A stretch of 64,000 nt of DNA, from contig OY970364.1 in the NCBI GenBank assembly GCA_963718565.1, positions 160,001 to 224,000 of the forward strand, read 5' to 3'. The stretch is from an uncultured Verrucomicrobiae bacterium (GTDB lineage: Bacteria > Chlamydiota > Chlamydiia > Chlamydiales > Rhabdochlamydiaceae). This document shows positions 1 to 9,887 of the stretch, piece after piece. Within the stretch, counting starts at the first letter, position 1. The number at the start of each line of letters is the position of its first letter. The position numbers and the translations under genes are program-made. The notes below the pieces were generated by a model. That model saw only the letters and a program-made list of their open reading frames with translations, was not told where the DNA came from and made no database searches.

Positions 1-1100
1 AATACCCCGATTGGCACGGTGACTACTACATAATTTGCACTAAATGCTCTACCGTCAGTTGTGTTAATCAATATATTGTCATTTGTATAATTAATCTTAT
101 TTACAACAGAATTTAGATTGATGTTTATTGAGTCAATGTCGAAAAGTAAATCGAGAAAGTTTGTGTATCCAATTGAAGGGATTGCATCGTGTCCTAGATT
201 CAGATAGCTGGGGCCGACAAGGGAAGAAACGTCATAAGTATTACCGGCATACCAACTACTGTACAAGATATTATAAGCATAGGCTATATAAATATTATCG
301 GGGTTTGGGGGTATGACGGTGTTGACAAAACAATTAACTGCATCTTGAAAACTACCGCAATAGGCAAATGTTCGAGATAGTAACGCTGTGCTTAATAGTG
401 GGTAAAAATTAAAAAGATCAGTAATCGTACTAGGATCAACTGCTGTACCGTTATTATATATCCCAATTCCATTGGGGGGTATGACGGGTGTGGGTATCAA
501 TGGAATGCCCATATCCTGTGCGATTGTGGCCAGCACATTATTGTCGACGTCGTGCAGCCAAGTGGCGCCTAAATCGGTATATGCGCCATCCATCGTCGTC
601 GTTTGGATTCTGCCACCTGTTCTATTTCGAGCCTCCAGTATTAAGACATTCTTATTATTTGCTTGCAACACGGATGCGGCCTCTAATCCCGAAATGCCCG
701 CCCCAATGACGATCACATCATAGGTGGGCACAGGCGTGACAGTCACATGGATCGGAACCTGCACCGCATCCAGCGTCGGTTTAGCCCACACCTTGAGCGC
801 TGTCGAGATATTTTGAGCCGAAGTGGGCTGCAATTGCAATGTAACCGTAGCGGACTCTCCAGGCCCTAGCGAATTGCCAAGGGTGCTCGATAAGACGGAC
901 ACACCTGTTGGAAATTGGCTTTGATTGACGGGAATGACAATGGCCCCCGATGAAATATTCGTTACGGTATAAGTGGCGCTCGAAATCGAATATTCCGTAA
1001 CCGTCGACGGAAACGGCGTCGTTGCAGTGATAGAAATGAGATGCGCAAATATTTTGAGCGGAAAAAGCAAGAGAAGGATCCCCAAGAATTTTCTTTTCAC
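1..1100 (-). CDS. Secreted flavin-dependent amine oxidase (signal peptide + Ig-like domain + FAD-binding domain); 3' end runs off the window
   Basis: Not in the ORF track; translated by hand. GTG at 1100 with an AGGAG RBS gives MKRKFLGILLLLFPLKIFA...YTVTN...LGPGESATVTL...YDVIVIGAGISGLEAA...LEARNRTGGRI...DLGATWLH, the flavin monoamine oxidase GxGxxG, GGR and LGA motifs. Confidence 0.85.
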   Translation of the reverse strand, partial: MKRKFLGILLLLFPLKIFAHLISITATTPFPSTVTEYSISSATYTVTNISSGAIVIPVNQSQFPTGVSVLSSTLGNSLGPGESATVTLQLQPTSAQNISTALKVWAKPTLDAVQVPIHVTVTPVPTYDVIVIGAGISGLEAASVLQANNKNVLILEARNRTGGRIQTTTMDGAYTDLGATWLHDVDNNVLATIAQDMGIPLIPTPVIPPNGIGIYNNGTAVDPSTITDLFNFYPLLSTALLSRTFAYCGSFQDAVNCFVNTVIPPNPDNIYIAYAYNILYSSWYAGNTYDVSSLVGPSYLNLGHDAIPSIGYTNFLDLLFDIDSININLNSVVNKINYTNDNILINTTDGRAFSANYVVVTVPIGV

Positions 1101-1117
1101 ACGATTCTCCTTTCTCC

Positions 1118-1960
1118 TTAAAACAGATGGATGTAACAGAAATATAGATCATCCGAACTCAATGAACCGGTATCGAGGTGATGGGGATAAGCGGAACCTC
1201 GCTTGCCGAACGATGTCTTGCCCGAGTACACATAATGATACCCCACCGAAATCCGTTCCCGTTGAAAACTCGGTCTTTTTCCCAAATTGAAAGCGGCGCT
1301 TAGGCCTAAGCCTGCCTGGCAGGCGAAGCTGTTGTTCGTATGGGAATGAAAGGGGCCCACAGGAGGGTAACCGGAACTGTCGACAGCTGTTTCCTTATAA
1401 TCTTCCGCTCTGTTCCAGGCAGCGCCTACGCCAACGTCGATAAATGGGGAAATGTAGCGAAGCAGCCAAGTGAATTTAATTTCGGCAATCGCGCGCGCGT
1501 TGTTGCTTTTATACTTGTAATTGTAAAGCGTGCTGCTAGGATCGCCCTGAGGAGTCTCAATCACCCTGCCTTTGAAATGGTAATTTGGGCTGAAATACCC
1601 TCCGACACCCAACGCAATAGCGGGTTTCCACTTTGCCCCCGCAAACTCATAGCCGCCATTCACACTCGCCGTTACGGAAACTGGGCGTTTGGTTTTGAGA
1701 GGGTAGGCGTCAGTGATTTTAACGCCGCTTTCATAGGAGATCTTTGGCTTTCTTTTCCCTAACTTTGCCCAGCTGGCCCCAACCTCTACGCCTAGATAAA
1801 TATGCCCAGTATGAACATGCTCAGGAGTAGAAACGGTAGGGGATTTGCTTGATCCTGAAGAGGCCATAGATGGTTTGATAAGAACCCATGGCTCCGACCG
1901 GGCCTGGGATACGGAGGAAAAGAACAACATAAAACCGATGACGCGTGTAATGGCCCGCAT
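1118..1960 (-). CDS. Outer-membrane beta-barrel protein (OmpA/Opa-like membrane domain)
   Basis: Signal peptide, alternating aromatic/Gly beta strands (PFIDVGVGAAWN, FACQAGLGLS, ISVGYHY), C-terminal Phe. Confidence 0.7.
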   Translation of the reverse strand: MRAITRVIGFMLFFSSVSQARSEPWVLIKPSMASSGSSKSPTVSTPEHVHTGHIYLGVEVGASWAKLGKRKPKISYESGVKITDAYPLKTKRPVSVTASVNGGYEFAGAKWKPAIALGVGGYFSPNYHFKGRVIETPQGDPSSTLYNYKYKSNNARAIAEIKFTWLLRYISPFIDVGVGAAWNRAEDYKETAVDSSGYPPVGPFHSHTNNSFACQAGLGLSAAFNLGKRPSFQRERISVGYHYVYSGKTSFGKRGSAYPHHLDTGSLSSDDLYFCYIHLF

Positions 1961-2006
1961 ATCTAAAATTTTTTAAAACGTAAAAACGATTTGAACAGAA
2001 ACAGAA

Positions 2007-2657
2007 ATGAAAATCAAGATCAAGTTTGAACAAGCCTTTCCCGTTCAAAACCAATATGGTTTCCAGCCCATCGATGAGGAGATAGAAGTTGCGCTCGTAA
2101 CAACACTTAAAAATCTTTTTCCTTCGGTTGATCATCTTTGTTGTGGACTGTGTGGGAAATTGGAATTTTTGATATCGGCGTCTCGAAGTCTCAATCGACC
2201 AGAGCTATTTCAAGTCGCCCTAAGAGCCCTAGGGATCCTGCTTGATAAAACAAATGGCCAACAGGACTTTAACTTATTCCATCATTTGCCCCGTGGAGTA
2301 TTTAATCCTGGTTTCATGCAGGGATTAGCTGGAATTGGCTACACACTGTTGCGCTTAATGGATACAGAACTTGTTGGTTTGAGCCATATGGCAATAAGCA
2401 AATATGAAAAAGGCTCATTAACCCCTTCTTCAGATATCCTTTTAAAACTGGCTAAAGCTTTGGAGGTCTCCGTAGAATTTTTTTTTCGCCCAGAGACTAT
2501 CGAGCTAGGAGAAATCAAATTTAGAAAAAGACTGCGTTTGAGAAAGAAAGTTGAAGAGTCTATCAAAGCTCAGATTGCCGATCAAATTGAACGTCGTTTG
2601 GAATTAGAAAACCTTTATCCAAATCCTCCAATTCAATCGTTATTGAACAAGATGTAG
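2007..2657 (+). pseudogene. Chimeric remnant: LanC/LanM cyclase C-terminus fused to an XRE-HTH (ImmA/IrrE-type) N-terminal fragment
   Basis: DHLCCGLCG and PGFMQGLAGIGYTLLRL (LanC-like), then VGLSHMAISKYEKG...LAKALEVSVEFFFRP...FRK (XRE HTH); cut by an IS fragment at about 2642. Confidence 0.7.
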
Positions 2658-3468
2658 GAGGAGTGCTTATTTTTGATGACACGATTGAAGAGAAGACCTA
2701 CACGGACGAAAATGAGATTATTTGTTGGCATTACTCGCATGCCAAGGGAAGATGTGTGAAGGGGGTCAACCTTTTATCATGTCTTGCTCGCTACGGAGAT
2801 ATTGCCTTACCCATTGCTTATGAGCCTATTTATAAAGACGTGCTTTTTTGTGATGTCGCCAGCAAAAAAGTAAAAAGACAGTCTTCAGTCAGTAAAAATC
2901 AAATGTTTCGATCTATGATTGCCCAAGCTGTAACCAATAAGGTTAAATTTGACTATATATTGTCTGATAATTGGTTCGGAGCGAAAAAAATATGGAGTTT
3001 ATTCATTATGATATGAAAAAGAAGTTTGTAATTGGGATCAAAGCTAATCGATTGGTCGCTCTTTCTGAAGAGGACAGAAAAAATGGTCAGTACCAAAATC
3101 TAAATGCATTACCACTCAAGGATGGAGAAAAAAGAATAGTCTGGCTAAAAGACATGTCTTTTTCTGTAGCACTCATTACAAAGATCTTCAAAAACGAAGA
3201 CGGCTCTACAGGCACTCTATACCTTGTTACAAATGACTTAGAAAGTGGTGCTGACCGAATCTACGAAATCTACCAAAAACGGTGGCGCATAGAAGAATAT
3301 CACAAATCGATCAAGCAGAACGCTAGCCTTGAGAAATCGCCGACTAAGGTTCTGCGCTCTCAAAAGAACCATATTTTTGCATCAATCATCGCTTATTGCA
3401 AGTTGGAATTTCTCCGAACTCAAACTTTTTTGAATCATTTTGCTCTGAAATATCAATTACTGATGAAG
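2642..3468 (+). pseudogene. Internal fragment of the IS701/IS4-like transposase, frameshifted
   Basis: Near-identical to the inside of 38811-39902. The A8 run there is A7 here (about 2984-2990), causing a frameshift; both IS ends are missing. Confidence 0.9.
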
Positions 3469-3491
3469 CATGTTCGCAATGAAGATCATTT

Positions 3492-4922
3492 TTAAAGCAG
3501 GTCTCTAAGATCAATCACTCGATAGAGGAGGGGACTCTCTTCTACTTTCGCGGACACTCCTCCAATATGGAAAAGAGCAAGGGCTTTGCCGAATCCTTTG
3601 GGAATAGCAAGTGTCTCGGATTTTTCCTTAAGTTCGTTGAGAATCGATGAACTCAATTCGTTTTTGCTAAACTTAAACTCACAAATAATTAAAACGTTCA
3701 GTTTTGTCTGAATTAGATAATCAATTTGACAGCCTTTTTTTCTTGCGGTTGGAGTTTGAACAAAAGGGTTATCGCAAATGATAGTGGAAGGATCCAACCC
3801 TAATGCCTGGAATAGAAATTCTCGATTTGTAAGGAGAAGACTTTCAAGCTGGAAGCCCATGATTGAATCCCATCCCGGAAGTTTGCCGGCAGCCGCTTTT
3901 TTATACGAGCCTTGCTCGATGAGATCTCGATAGGGTTCCACATATTTCAATTGAAAGCGCAAGAAACAATCGCTAAGCCGATAAAGTTTTTGTTTTCCAA
4001 CAGCACCCTTTTTGAAGGACCATTGGTAGTGTTCCGAGACAAACCCGGAGGCGACCAAATTTTTCATATGATCGCTAAGGGTGCCGCCCCCATCTAATTT
4101 GGTAAGATTTCGTATCTCTTGCTGTGTCTTCATCCCATCGATTAAAGCTTGCAAAATTTTACGGTATAATTCTCCCTTACGTTCAAATAGATCATGAAAA
4201 ATTGTTTGGAATTCATTAACAAGTTGACTTGCCGGTTCGAAGCACAGTTCGTAAATATTTTGATCTGCGCTTTCTTTTGGATCGATCAAATCCAAATACC
4301 AGGGGATCCCTCCTGTTACAGATAAAATCTTCAATAGCTCATAGATGGATCCAGAAAATCCTTTCTTTTTCAGAAAGGAGACTGAATCTTGGATCGATAA
4401 TGGTTTCAAATGGATCACCAATGAGATTCTTCCTACAAATCCTGTGTTGCGCAAGATGTTTTTTTCAATCCATATCGAGATAGAACCGCAGAGGATAAGA
4501 ACCAGAGATTGTTTCTTGCTGCCTTCCTGATCCCACCATGTTTTCAAAGAACCCAAAAAACTTGGATCGAGTCCTCCCATCCAGGAAATTTCATCCAGTA
4601 GGACGATAATTTCTTCATTTCCAATCTGAGCCCCGAGAAATCTGAACGCATCTGACCAGGTAGAGAAGCTTACACGGGGCAATCTGAGTTCGAGGCAAAG
4701 CTGATCTCCGAACTCGTCTCTTTGTTTTTGTTGGGTGATGCCAGGAGCTGGGGGCAGCCCAGATAAAGAGATCAGTCGCTTGTTCTTGGCAAACTCCTGA
4801 ACCAGCGTGCTTTTTCCTACTCTTCTTCTGCCTTTGATCACGACCAAAGAGGCTTTTTTTAATCTTTTCAAGCGCGATAAGCGGCTAAGCTCCTGCTTCC
4901 TTCCAAGAAAAAGACCCATCAT
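3492..4922 (-). CDS. AAA+ ATPase (archaeal-ATPase type) with wHTH and C-terminal PD-(D/E)XK-like domain
   Basis: FLGRKQEL, Walker A GRRRVGKS, Walker B LLDE, LCGS, TGGIPWYL, C-terminal QIDYLI...ICEFKF. Confidence 0.85.
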   Translation of the reverse strand: MMGLFLGRKQELSRLSRLKRLKKASLVVIKGRRRVGKSTLVQEFAKNKRLISLSGLPPAPGITQQKQRDEFGDQLCLELRLPRVSFSTWSDAFRFLGAQIGNEEIIVLLDEISWMGGLDPSFLGSLKTWWDQEGSKKQSLVLILCGSISIWIEKNILRNTGFVGRISLVIHLKPLSIQDSVSFLKKKGFSGSIYELLKILSVTGGIPWYLDLIDPKESADQNIYELCFEPASQLVNEFQTIFHDLFERKGELYRKILQALIDGMKTQQEIRNLTKLDGGGTLSDHMKNLVASGFVSEHYQWSFKKGAVGKQKLYRLSDCFLRFQLKYVEPYRDLIEQGSYKKAAAGKLPGWDSIMGFQLESLLLTNREFLFQALGLDPSTIICDNPFVQTPTARKKGCQIDYLIQTKLNVLIICEFKFSKNELSSSILNELKEKSETLAIPKGFGKALALFHIGGVSAKVEESPLLYRVIDLRDLL

Positions 4923-4925
4923 AAT

Positions 4926-5010
4926 CTCCTAATATAGTTATTTGTAACATTTAGGAGGTTTTCATGCAACTCGATTTTCTCCTAAAAAACACATATGCTC
5001 TTTTTAGGAG
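4926..5010. promoter_or_regulatory. Two tandem palindromic operators CTCCTAA-N18-TTAGGAG upstream of the ATPase
   Basis: Copies at 4926-4957 and 4979-5010 with identical 18-nt spacing. Confidence 0.5.
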
Positions 5011-5060
5011 ATTAGCTTAAGTTGTCTTAACACGCTAATTTTCAATTGGTTAGAAAATAT

Positions 5061-5105
5061 TGGGCAACCTGGACTTGAACCAGCGACCAGCGGGTTATGA
5101 GTCCG
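5061..5105 (-). repeat. att site: 3' half of a CAT-anticodon tRNA (copy 1)
   Basis: Reverse complement CGGA-CTCATAA-CCCGC-TGGTC-GCTGG-TTCAAGT-CCAGG-TTGCCCA; no D-arm or 5' acceptor strand. Confidence 0.9.
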
Positions 5106-5323
5106 TGCAAACCCCATTAATCACAATCATTAGCAATAGCTAACGGCAACCAGAATAGTGATGTAAGGGATTTTTATCTATGTGAATCATTCGTCATGAC
5201 TTGCCATCTTTTGTGGCCGAATGGTCCAGGTTTGGTCCATTAGCATAATAGCTTTGAAAGTCAAAAAGCTAAATGGTATACAGTTAGTCCAATTGACAAA
5301 GAGAAATGTCTTAAAGTAACTGT

Positions 5324-5803
5324 ATGAAAATTTTTCTTGGTGTATTAGTCTTAAGCAGTCAAATCCTTTTTGCTGAACCTACCGAACAAGATCACATAAG
5401 AGCAACTCACAATCCAGACTACTACAAACACGTAGTACTTAAAGGAATCGTTAAGCAAATGGTTTTTCCTGGTCCTCCTCATTTTCTTAGTGTGGAAAGT
5501 GGGGATTGGGCGGAGCCAAGAACAATCTTAGAAGTGGATGAAGCTTCTTTGTTGCGGCTTGTTGAAGCTCAATCACAAGTAACCACTAGTCATTACTTGG
5601 GTAAATTCATTGATTCGGAATTGAAAGCGGATGAACCCAATGCCAATTGGGTTACTTTGGATTCATCTTTCACAGGAAAATCGAATAATATTGAGTTGTA
5701 TACAAATAAATCAGTGGTGATTGATGCAGTGATCAGCGCACAACCTGCACATTGTCATACTCCATTTGTAGTCGAAATCGCTGAGGTGCTTTTCCATGAA
5801 TAA
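5324..5803 (+). CDS. Exported DUF4431-like protein, putative immunity/lysozyme inhibitor
   Basis: Signal peptide; VLKG...FPGPPHF...GDWAE...HCHTPFVV pattern; overlaps the start of the downstream muramidase-like gene. Confidence 0.55.
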   Translation: MKIFLGVLVLSSQILFAEPTEQDHIRATHNPDYYKHVVLKGIVKQMVFPGPPHFLSVESGDWAEPRTILEVDEASLLRLVEAQSQVTTSHYLGKFIDSELKADEPNANWVTLDSSFTGKSNNIELYTNKSVVIDAVISAQPAHCHTPFVVEIAEVLFHE

Positions 5804-6512
5804 AAAGAAATTTGTGAGAGCTGAGGAAGGGAAACCTCCTGGAATTTCTGTAATTTATTACGATACCGATGGCAACATGACTATTCGTTATCACGATAAG
5901 AATGGGAAGACTGGGTCGATTGCCTGGAGAAACAACAATCCAGGAAATCTAGCTTGGGGCAGTGGTGTGCATGCTAAAAAAACTGGTTGTATAGGAAAAG
6001 CTAGAGGGCGCCCTGTTTTTCCAGATTATGAAACAGGCAAGCAATCTATGCGCCTCCTTCTCAAGGAAGATTTTTATCAGCGATTGACATTGAATCAATT
6101 GCCTAAAAAGTACACTGGGGTTCCGATTGAAGCTCCAGATACCGAAGAAGTAGAGATTTATCGCAGAGCTATTCGTGTTCAAATTAAATTTGATATGGAG
6201 CGCACTGTTAAATCTTTGAACGAAGAAGAGTATGAAAAACTACTTAAAGCTATGGAGACTCATGAGGGCTGGCTAGTAGGACATGAGGAATTTAAAGAGG
6301 TTGAAAAAATTACTGGAATTCATGTGAATAAAAAACGCGTGATCTCAGAATACCTTGTGCAAGGCATGAAAGGCGAACGTTGGCTTTTAAAAGATGCTGC
6401 AATTGCAATGGCTGAAGAAGGGCGCCTACATGCGATTGTTGTCCATGCAAAGAACGGAAATTATTTGCGACCTGAACATGGTTCTAAATCGTTCAGACAG
6501 TTGCTTTGCTAA
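5796..6512 (+). CDS. Lysozyme-like (WRNNNPGNL) protein with C-terminal DUF3892-like domain
   Basis: GSIAWRNNNPGNL...VFPDYETG...HEGW; C-terminal KDAAIAMAEEGRLHAIVVH...YLRP. Confidence 0.6.
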   Translation: MNKKKFVRAEEGKPPGISVIYYDTDGNMTIRYHDKNGKTGSIAWRNNNPGNLAWGSGVHAKKTGCIGKARGRPVFPDYETGKQSMRLLLKEDFYQRLTLNQLPKKYTGVPIEAPDTEEVEIYRRAIRVQIKFDMERTVKSLNEEEYEKLLKAMETHEGWLVGHEEFKEVEKITGIHVNKKRVISEYLVQGMKGERWLLKDAAIAMAEEGRLHAIVVHAKNGNYLRPEHGSKSFRQLLC

Positions 6513-6580
6513 GCATTGTAAACGAAAAAAGATAAGCCCATAACTACGAAACTTTACTCTCTCAAAAATATTGCATGAGT

Positions 6581-7702
6581 TTAACGACTGGTCTTCTTTT
6601 GTGACTTCTTTTTCGTAAGCTTTTTCTTGGTCGCTGGCACTGCGCTTAATTCAGCTTCAATTTCTTCTACAGTGGGTAGGCTGGACTTGAGTTCTTTGGG
6701 AAGCTTTTCAACCAGCTTAACTTCAAATTCGGCTACTCCAATAGGCCGATTGAAGTTTCTTAAGACGTATTCGGCAAAGACATTGTCCTTTGTTCTGCAT
6801 AGGATAATGCCAATAGCAGGCTGGTCACTCTCATGTCTTAGTTGGTCGTCTACGGCTGAAAGATAGGCACTCATTTGTCCAGCATCGCGACTATCAAACT
6901 CTCCTCCCTTAAGCTCTACAATTATGTAACAACGCAATTTTAAATGGAAAAACAACAAGTCGATATACAGAGTTTTTTCTCCTGCATTAACTGGGTATTG
7001 CTGTCCAACAAAAGAAAAGCCCTGGCCCAGTTCAATCAGAAATTTTTGGATGTGCTTGACCAACCCATCTTCTAAGTCTTTTTCCAAATATTCCTTGTGT
7101 AATGTGAGGAAGTCGAAGAGATATGGGTCTTTTAAGGATTGTTGAGCTAAATCTGACTGAGGAGCTGGCAATGCTGCCTTGAAGTTTGTAATCGCCTTGC
7201 CTTCCCTACGATACAAGTCATTTTCGATCCAGACGGTAAGCATGCTGCGACTCCACCCATGCTCTATCGTTTTAGAGGCGTACCAAAGACGTTCATTGCT
7301 ATCTTTTATTTTTTGAAGAAGAAGTATGTTATGTCCCCATGGAATGCCAAAAACAGGCAAAGATTCAAATTGTCGCACAGCTTGTGCGACTTTTTCATAG
7401 GCCATAAAAAATGCCTTCATTCTGAAGATGTTAGCTCTTGAAAATCCTTCTATTCCTGGAAACTCATTTTGAAGCTCTTTGGCCGCTTTTTCCAAGACCT
7501 TGCTACCCCATCCGCCCTGCTCTTGCTTTTCAACTATTTCCTTGCCGATTTCCCAATATAGTTTGATCAGTTCGCTATTAACGGAAACAACAGCCTTGAT
7601 TTGAGATGATCGTATCTTAGCCTTTAAGGAAGTGATAAACTTTGTGTATTCGACTGTAGAGGCTTCGCCTTTTTTTACTTTTGGAAGAAATTTTTTAGCC
7701 AT
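6581..7702 (-). CDS. DUF1016/YhcG PD-(D/E)XK nuclease family protein
   Basis: LYWEIGK, WGHN, KDPYLFDFL, LELGQGFSFVGQQ, IDLLFFH, VELK motifs. Confidence 0.92.
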   Translation of the reverse strand: MAKKFLPKVKKGEASTVEYTKFITSLKAKIRSSQIKAVVSVNSELIKLYWEIGKEIVEKQEQGGWGSKVLEKAAKELQNEFPGIEGFSRANIFRMKAFFMAYEKVAQAVRQFESLPVFGIPWGHNILLLQKIKDSNERLWYASKTIEHGWSRSMLTVWIENDLYRREGKAITNFKAALPAPQSDLAQQSLKDPYLFDFLTLHKEYLEKDLEDGLVKHIQKFLIELGQGFSFVGQQYPVNAGEKTLYIDLLFFHLKLRCYIIVELKGGEFDSRDAGQMSAYLSAVDDQLRHESDQPAIGIILCRTKDNVFAEYVLRNFNRPIGVAEFEVKLVEKLPKELKSSLPTVEEIEAELSAVPATKKKLTKKKSQKKTSR

Positions 7703-8198
7703 TGGAGACTCCTATCAAATCTTTCATGAGTAGCTCCATTTGGTAATGGGGCACAGGATGCCAGCTTGCAATGAATTCTCCGACGATCTTAAAACCCACT
7801 TTTTGGTATACATGAATAGCTCTTGTATTTGTGGCTTCAGGGTCTATTAGAACCTTCTTCACATGGGAAAACTGACTTCTTAAGAATTCTTTGATCATTG
7901 GCACAGCTATCCCTTTACCTAGATAGGTTAGATCGCAAATAAACAGGTCCAAAGTGATCGAATTTTTTCCTTCTGGAGAAGTGATCAAAAAGGCAAAGGG
8001 AATTTCTTTATCGTAACCAATCCAGTAGGTAGTATCCGACACTCCTTGGAAGAATTTTTCAAGACCATTCAAGGTGTTTTGCAATCCCACTCCATGCATC
8101 CATTCTTTAATGTGCTTTTGCTCCAACCATTCATGAATAAATACTCTCTGAGAAGATGTTACAGGAGCAAAATGGAAAGTGGGTCCAGTATGTTTCAT
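7695..8198 (-). CDS. GNAT acetyltransferase (AAC(6')-like fold)
   Basis: YLGKGIA, IDPEATNTRAIHVYQKVGF. Confidence 0.85.
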   Translation of the reverse strand: MKHTGPTFHFAPVTSSQRVFIHEWLEQKHIKEWMHGVGLQNTLNGLEKFFQGVSDTTYWIGYDKEIPFAFLITSPEGKNSITLDLFICDLTYLGKGIAVPMIKEFLRSQFSHVKKVLIDPEATNTRAIHVYQKVGFKIVGEFIASWHPVPHYQMELLMKDLIGVSNG

Positions 8199-8329
8199 AA
8201 TCTTAACACCTACTAAGTGGTGAAATCATACATGGCTTGCATTTAGGCCAATTTCCATGAACCATCAGATATCCGCTCATATTTTAAATATCGACTAAGG
8301 TCTACTGGTTTGAGCCTGTTATGCATAGC

Positions 8330-9460
8330 TTATCCTAAAATCTTTTGAGTCATGGTTGTGACCATCCGTTGTTTATGTTCTTGAGACAAGTGAGCATAGC
8401 GTTTAGTGGACTGCATATCTTTGTGTCCAAGTAAGGTCCCAATATCCAGTAAGCTGTATCCACTCATAGCAAGGTAGGAGGCAACCGTATGCCGCAAATC
8501 ATGGAATCTAAAGTCGACAATATTGGCCAGTTTTACTGCCCTTTCCCAAGCAGAGCGAATGTCGATCGGTTTTTTGGGATCATTTGTAGAAGGGAAAATT
8601 AATGCTTCTTGATTAGGAATGGTGGTCAATCGTTCTTTCATCAAATGAAGGGGAGTGCCAACCAAAGGGACTGAACGGACATCTCCATTTTTGGTTTCTT
8701 TTAAAGTAATGACATTTCGCCCAATATCCACATCTCCTTTCTTCAGCTTCATGATTTCGCTGTAGCGCATCCCTGTGGAAAGGGCTAAAAGAACAGCCAA
8801 ATATAGGACTTTACAGCCACTTTTTTGACAGGCATCAAGTAAACGTACCTTTTCTTCTTCTGAAAGGAAGCGAATTCTGGCATTGGAAAGGGTAGGCTTA
8901 CTGATTTTGCGCACTGGGTTTTCTGTGATCCAACCCCATTCCTTGATCATGATGGTGAAAACATGAGACAGGCTCGAAATATAGCGAATGGCCGTTGTAG
9001 GAGAACGGTTTTTTCCTGCCTTGATTTCTTCTGTCAGAAGCAAATCTTTCTTTTCTGCGATGAGGCTGGGTTTGATGCAGTCAAGACTGTAATCGCCAAG
9101 CTGACGCTTCCACCATAGCAAATGGCGATGAACATTTTTGGCATCTTTTGGTTTGCCTAGCAAAATAGATTTGATATATCTGTCGATTGCTTCGCCCAAG
9201 GTGTGCTTTTGAGCTTCAACTTTATCGAAGTAGCGGCCTTCTTCGATTTCTACTTCGGTGTTTCTTTTCCACTTCTTGGCCAGTGTTAAGGAAGTGAACG
9301 TTTTGGTAACAGGCGGATGTCCTTTGATGCGAACCCTGACCCTATAGCTATCAGTGCCGTCTTTATTTGGTCTTTTATCAATACCATTCATGGCTTTAAC
9401 CCCTTCATCTTGATTGTTAGGGTTAGCCATTGCAGATGATGAATGATTTTTCGTACTCAT
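8330..9460 (-). CDS. Tyrosine integrase of element A
   Basis: TGMRYSE, KNG, FHDLRH, LGH, RYAH catalytic motifs; adjacent to the att at 9583. Confidence 0.95.
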   Translation of the reverse strand: MSTKNHSSSAMANPNNQDEGVKAMNGIDKRPNKDGTDSYRVRVRIKGHPPVTKTFTSLTLAKKWKRNTEVEIEEGRYFDKVEAQKHTLGEAIDRYIKSILLGKPKDAKNVHRHLLWWKRQLGDYSLDCIKPSLIAEKKDLLLTEEIKAGKNRSPTTAIRYISSLSHVFTIMIKEWGWITENPVRKISKPTLSNARIRFLSEEEKVRLLDACQKSGCKVLYLAVLLALSTGMRYSEIMKLKKGDVDIGRNVITLKETKNGDVRSVPLVGTPLHLMKERLTTIPNQEALIFPSTNDPKKPIDIRSAWERAVKLANIVDFRFHDLRHTVASYLAMSGYSLLDIGTLLGHKDMQSTKRYAHLSQEHKQRMVTTMTQKILG

Positions 9461-9582
9461 TTGCTACATTTTGTGGGTGAGTGGTCCAAGAATGGTCCAC
9501 ACTACCCAAAACGGCTTGTTGCTGTCAAGATTGTTTTTATCTGACAGCCTTCAAGCGTATGTATGAGAACGATTTAAGAAAA

Positions 9583-9624
9583 TGGGGCAAGCAGGACTTG
9601 AACCAGGGACCGACGGGTTATGAG
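9583..9624 (-). repeat. att site: 3' half of a CAT-anticodon tRNA (copy 2, chimeric T-stem)
   Basis: Reverse complement CTCATAA-CCCGT-CGGTC-CCTGG-TTCAAGT-CCTGC-TTGCCCCA. Confidence 0.9.
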
Positions 9625-9887
9625 GGAGCGAGAATTCTTTCCTAACCAGCACCATCCAACCTCTATGGACTCCACTATAGGAGATTAGAAAGAATCATGC
9701 CACTGGTTTTTACTCGATAATACCGGTCAAAATCGACGGTCTTTGCACCGCCACTGCACCGGTATCATTGATCAATTTGCCAATGAGAATTTTTAAATTT
9801 GACATTAAGAGTGTGAAGGGGATGCGTGATGCAATTATATATCTTATAATGATATTCTTAAGTTTCAAGCGCTAATCGAGAATTTTA

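Larger units (their letters stand above)
5061..9624 (-). mobile_element. Integrative element A (about 4.5 kb, minimal: integrase + cargo)
   Basis: Bounded by tRNA fragments, with TGGTCCA-N4-TGGTCCA arm repeats at both ends (5222-5239, 9482-9499) and the integrase next to the right att. Confidence 0.8.

Noticed and set aside
781..1290. ORFs 781-1152 (-) and 973-1290 (+)
   Set aside because: Shadow frames of the amine oxidase gene that starts at 1100.
2007..2360. Functional lanthipeptide cluster
   Set aside because: Only a short cyclase tail remains; no dehydratase, precursor or transporter.
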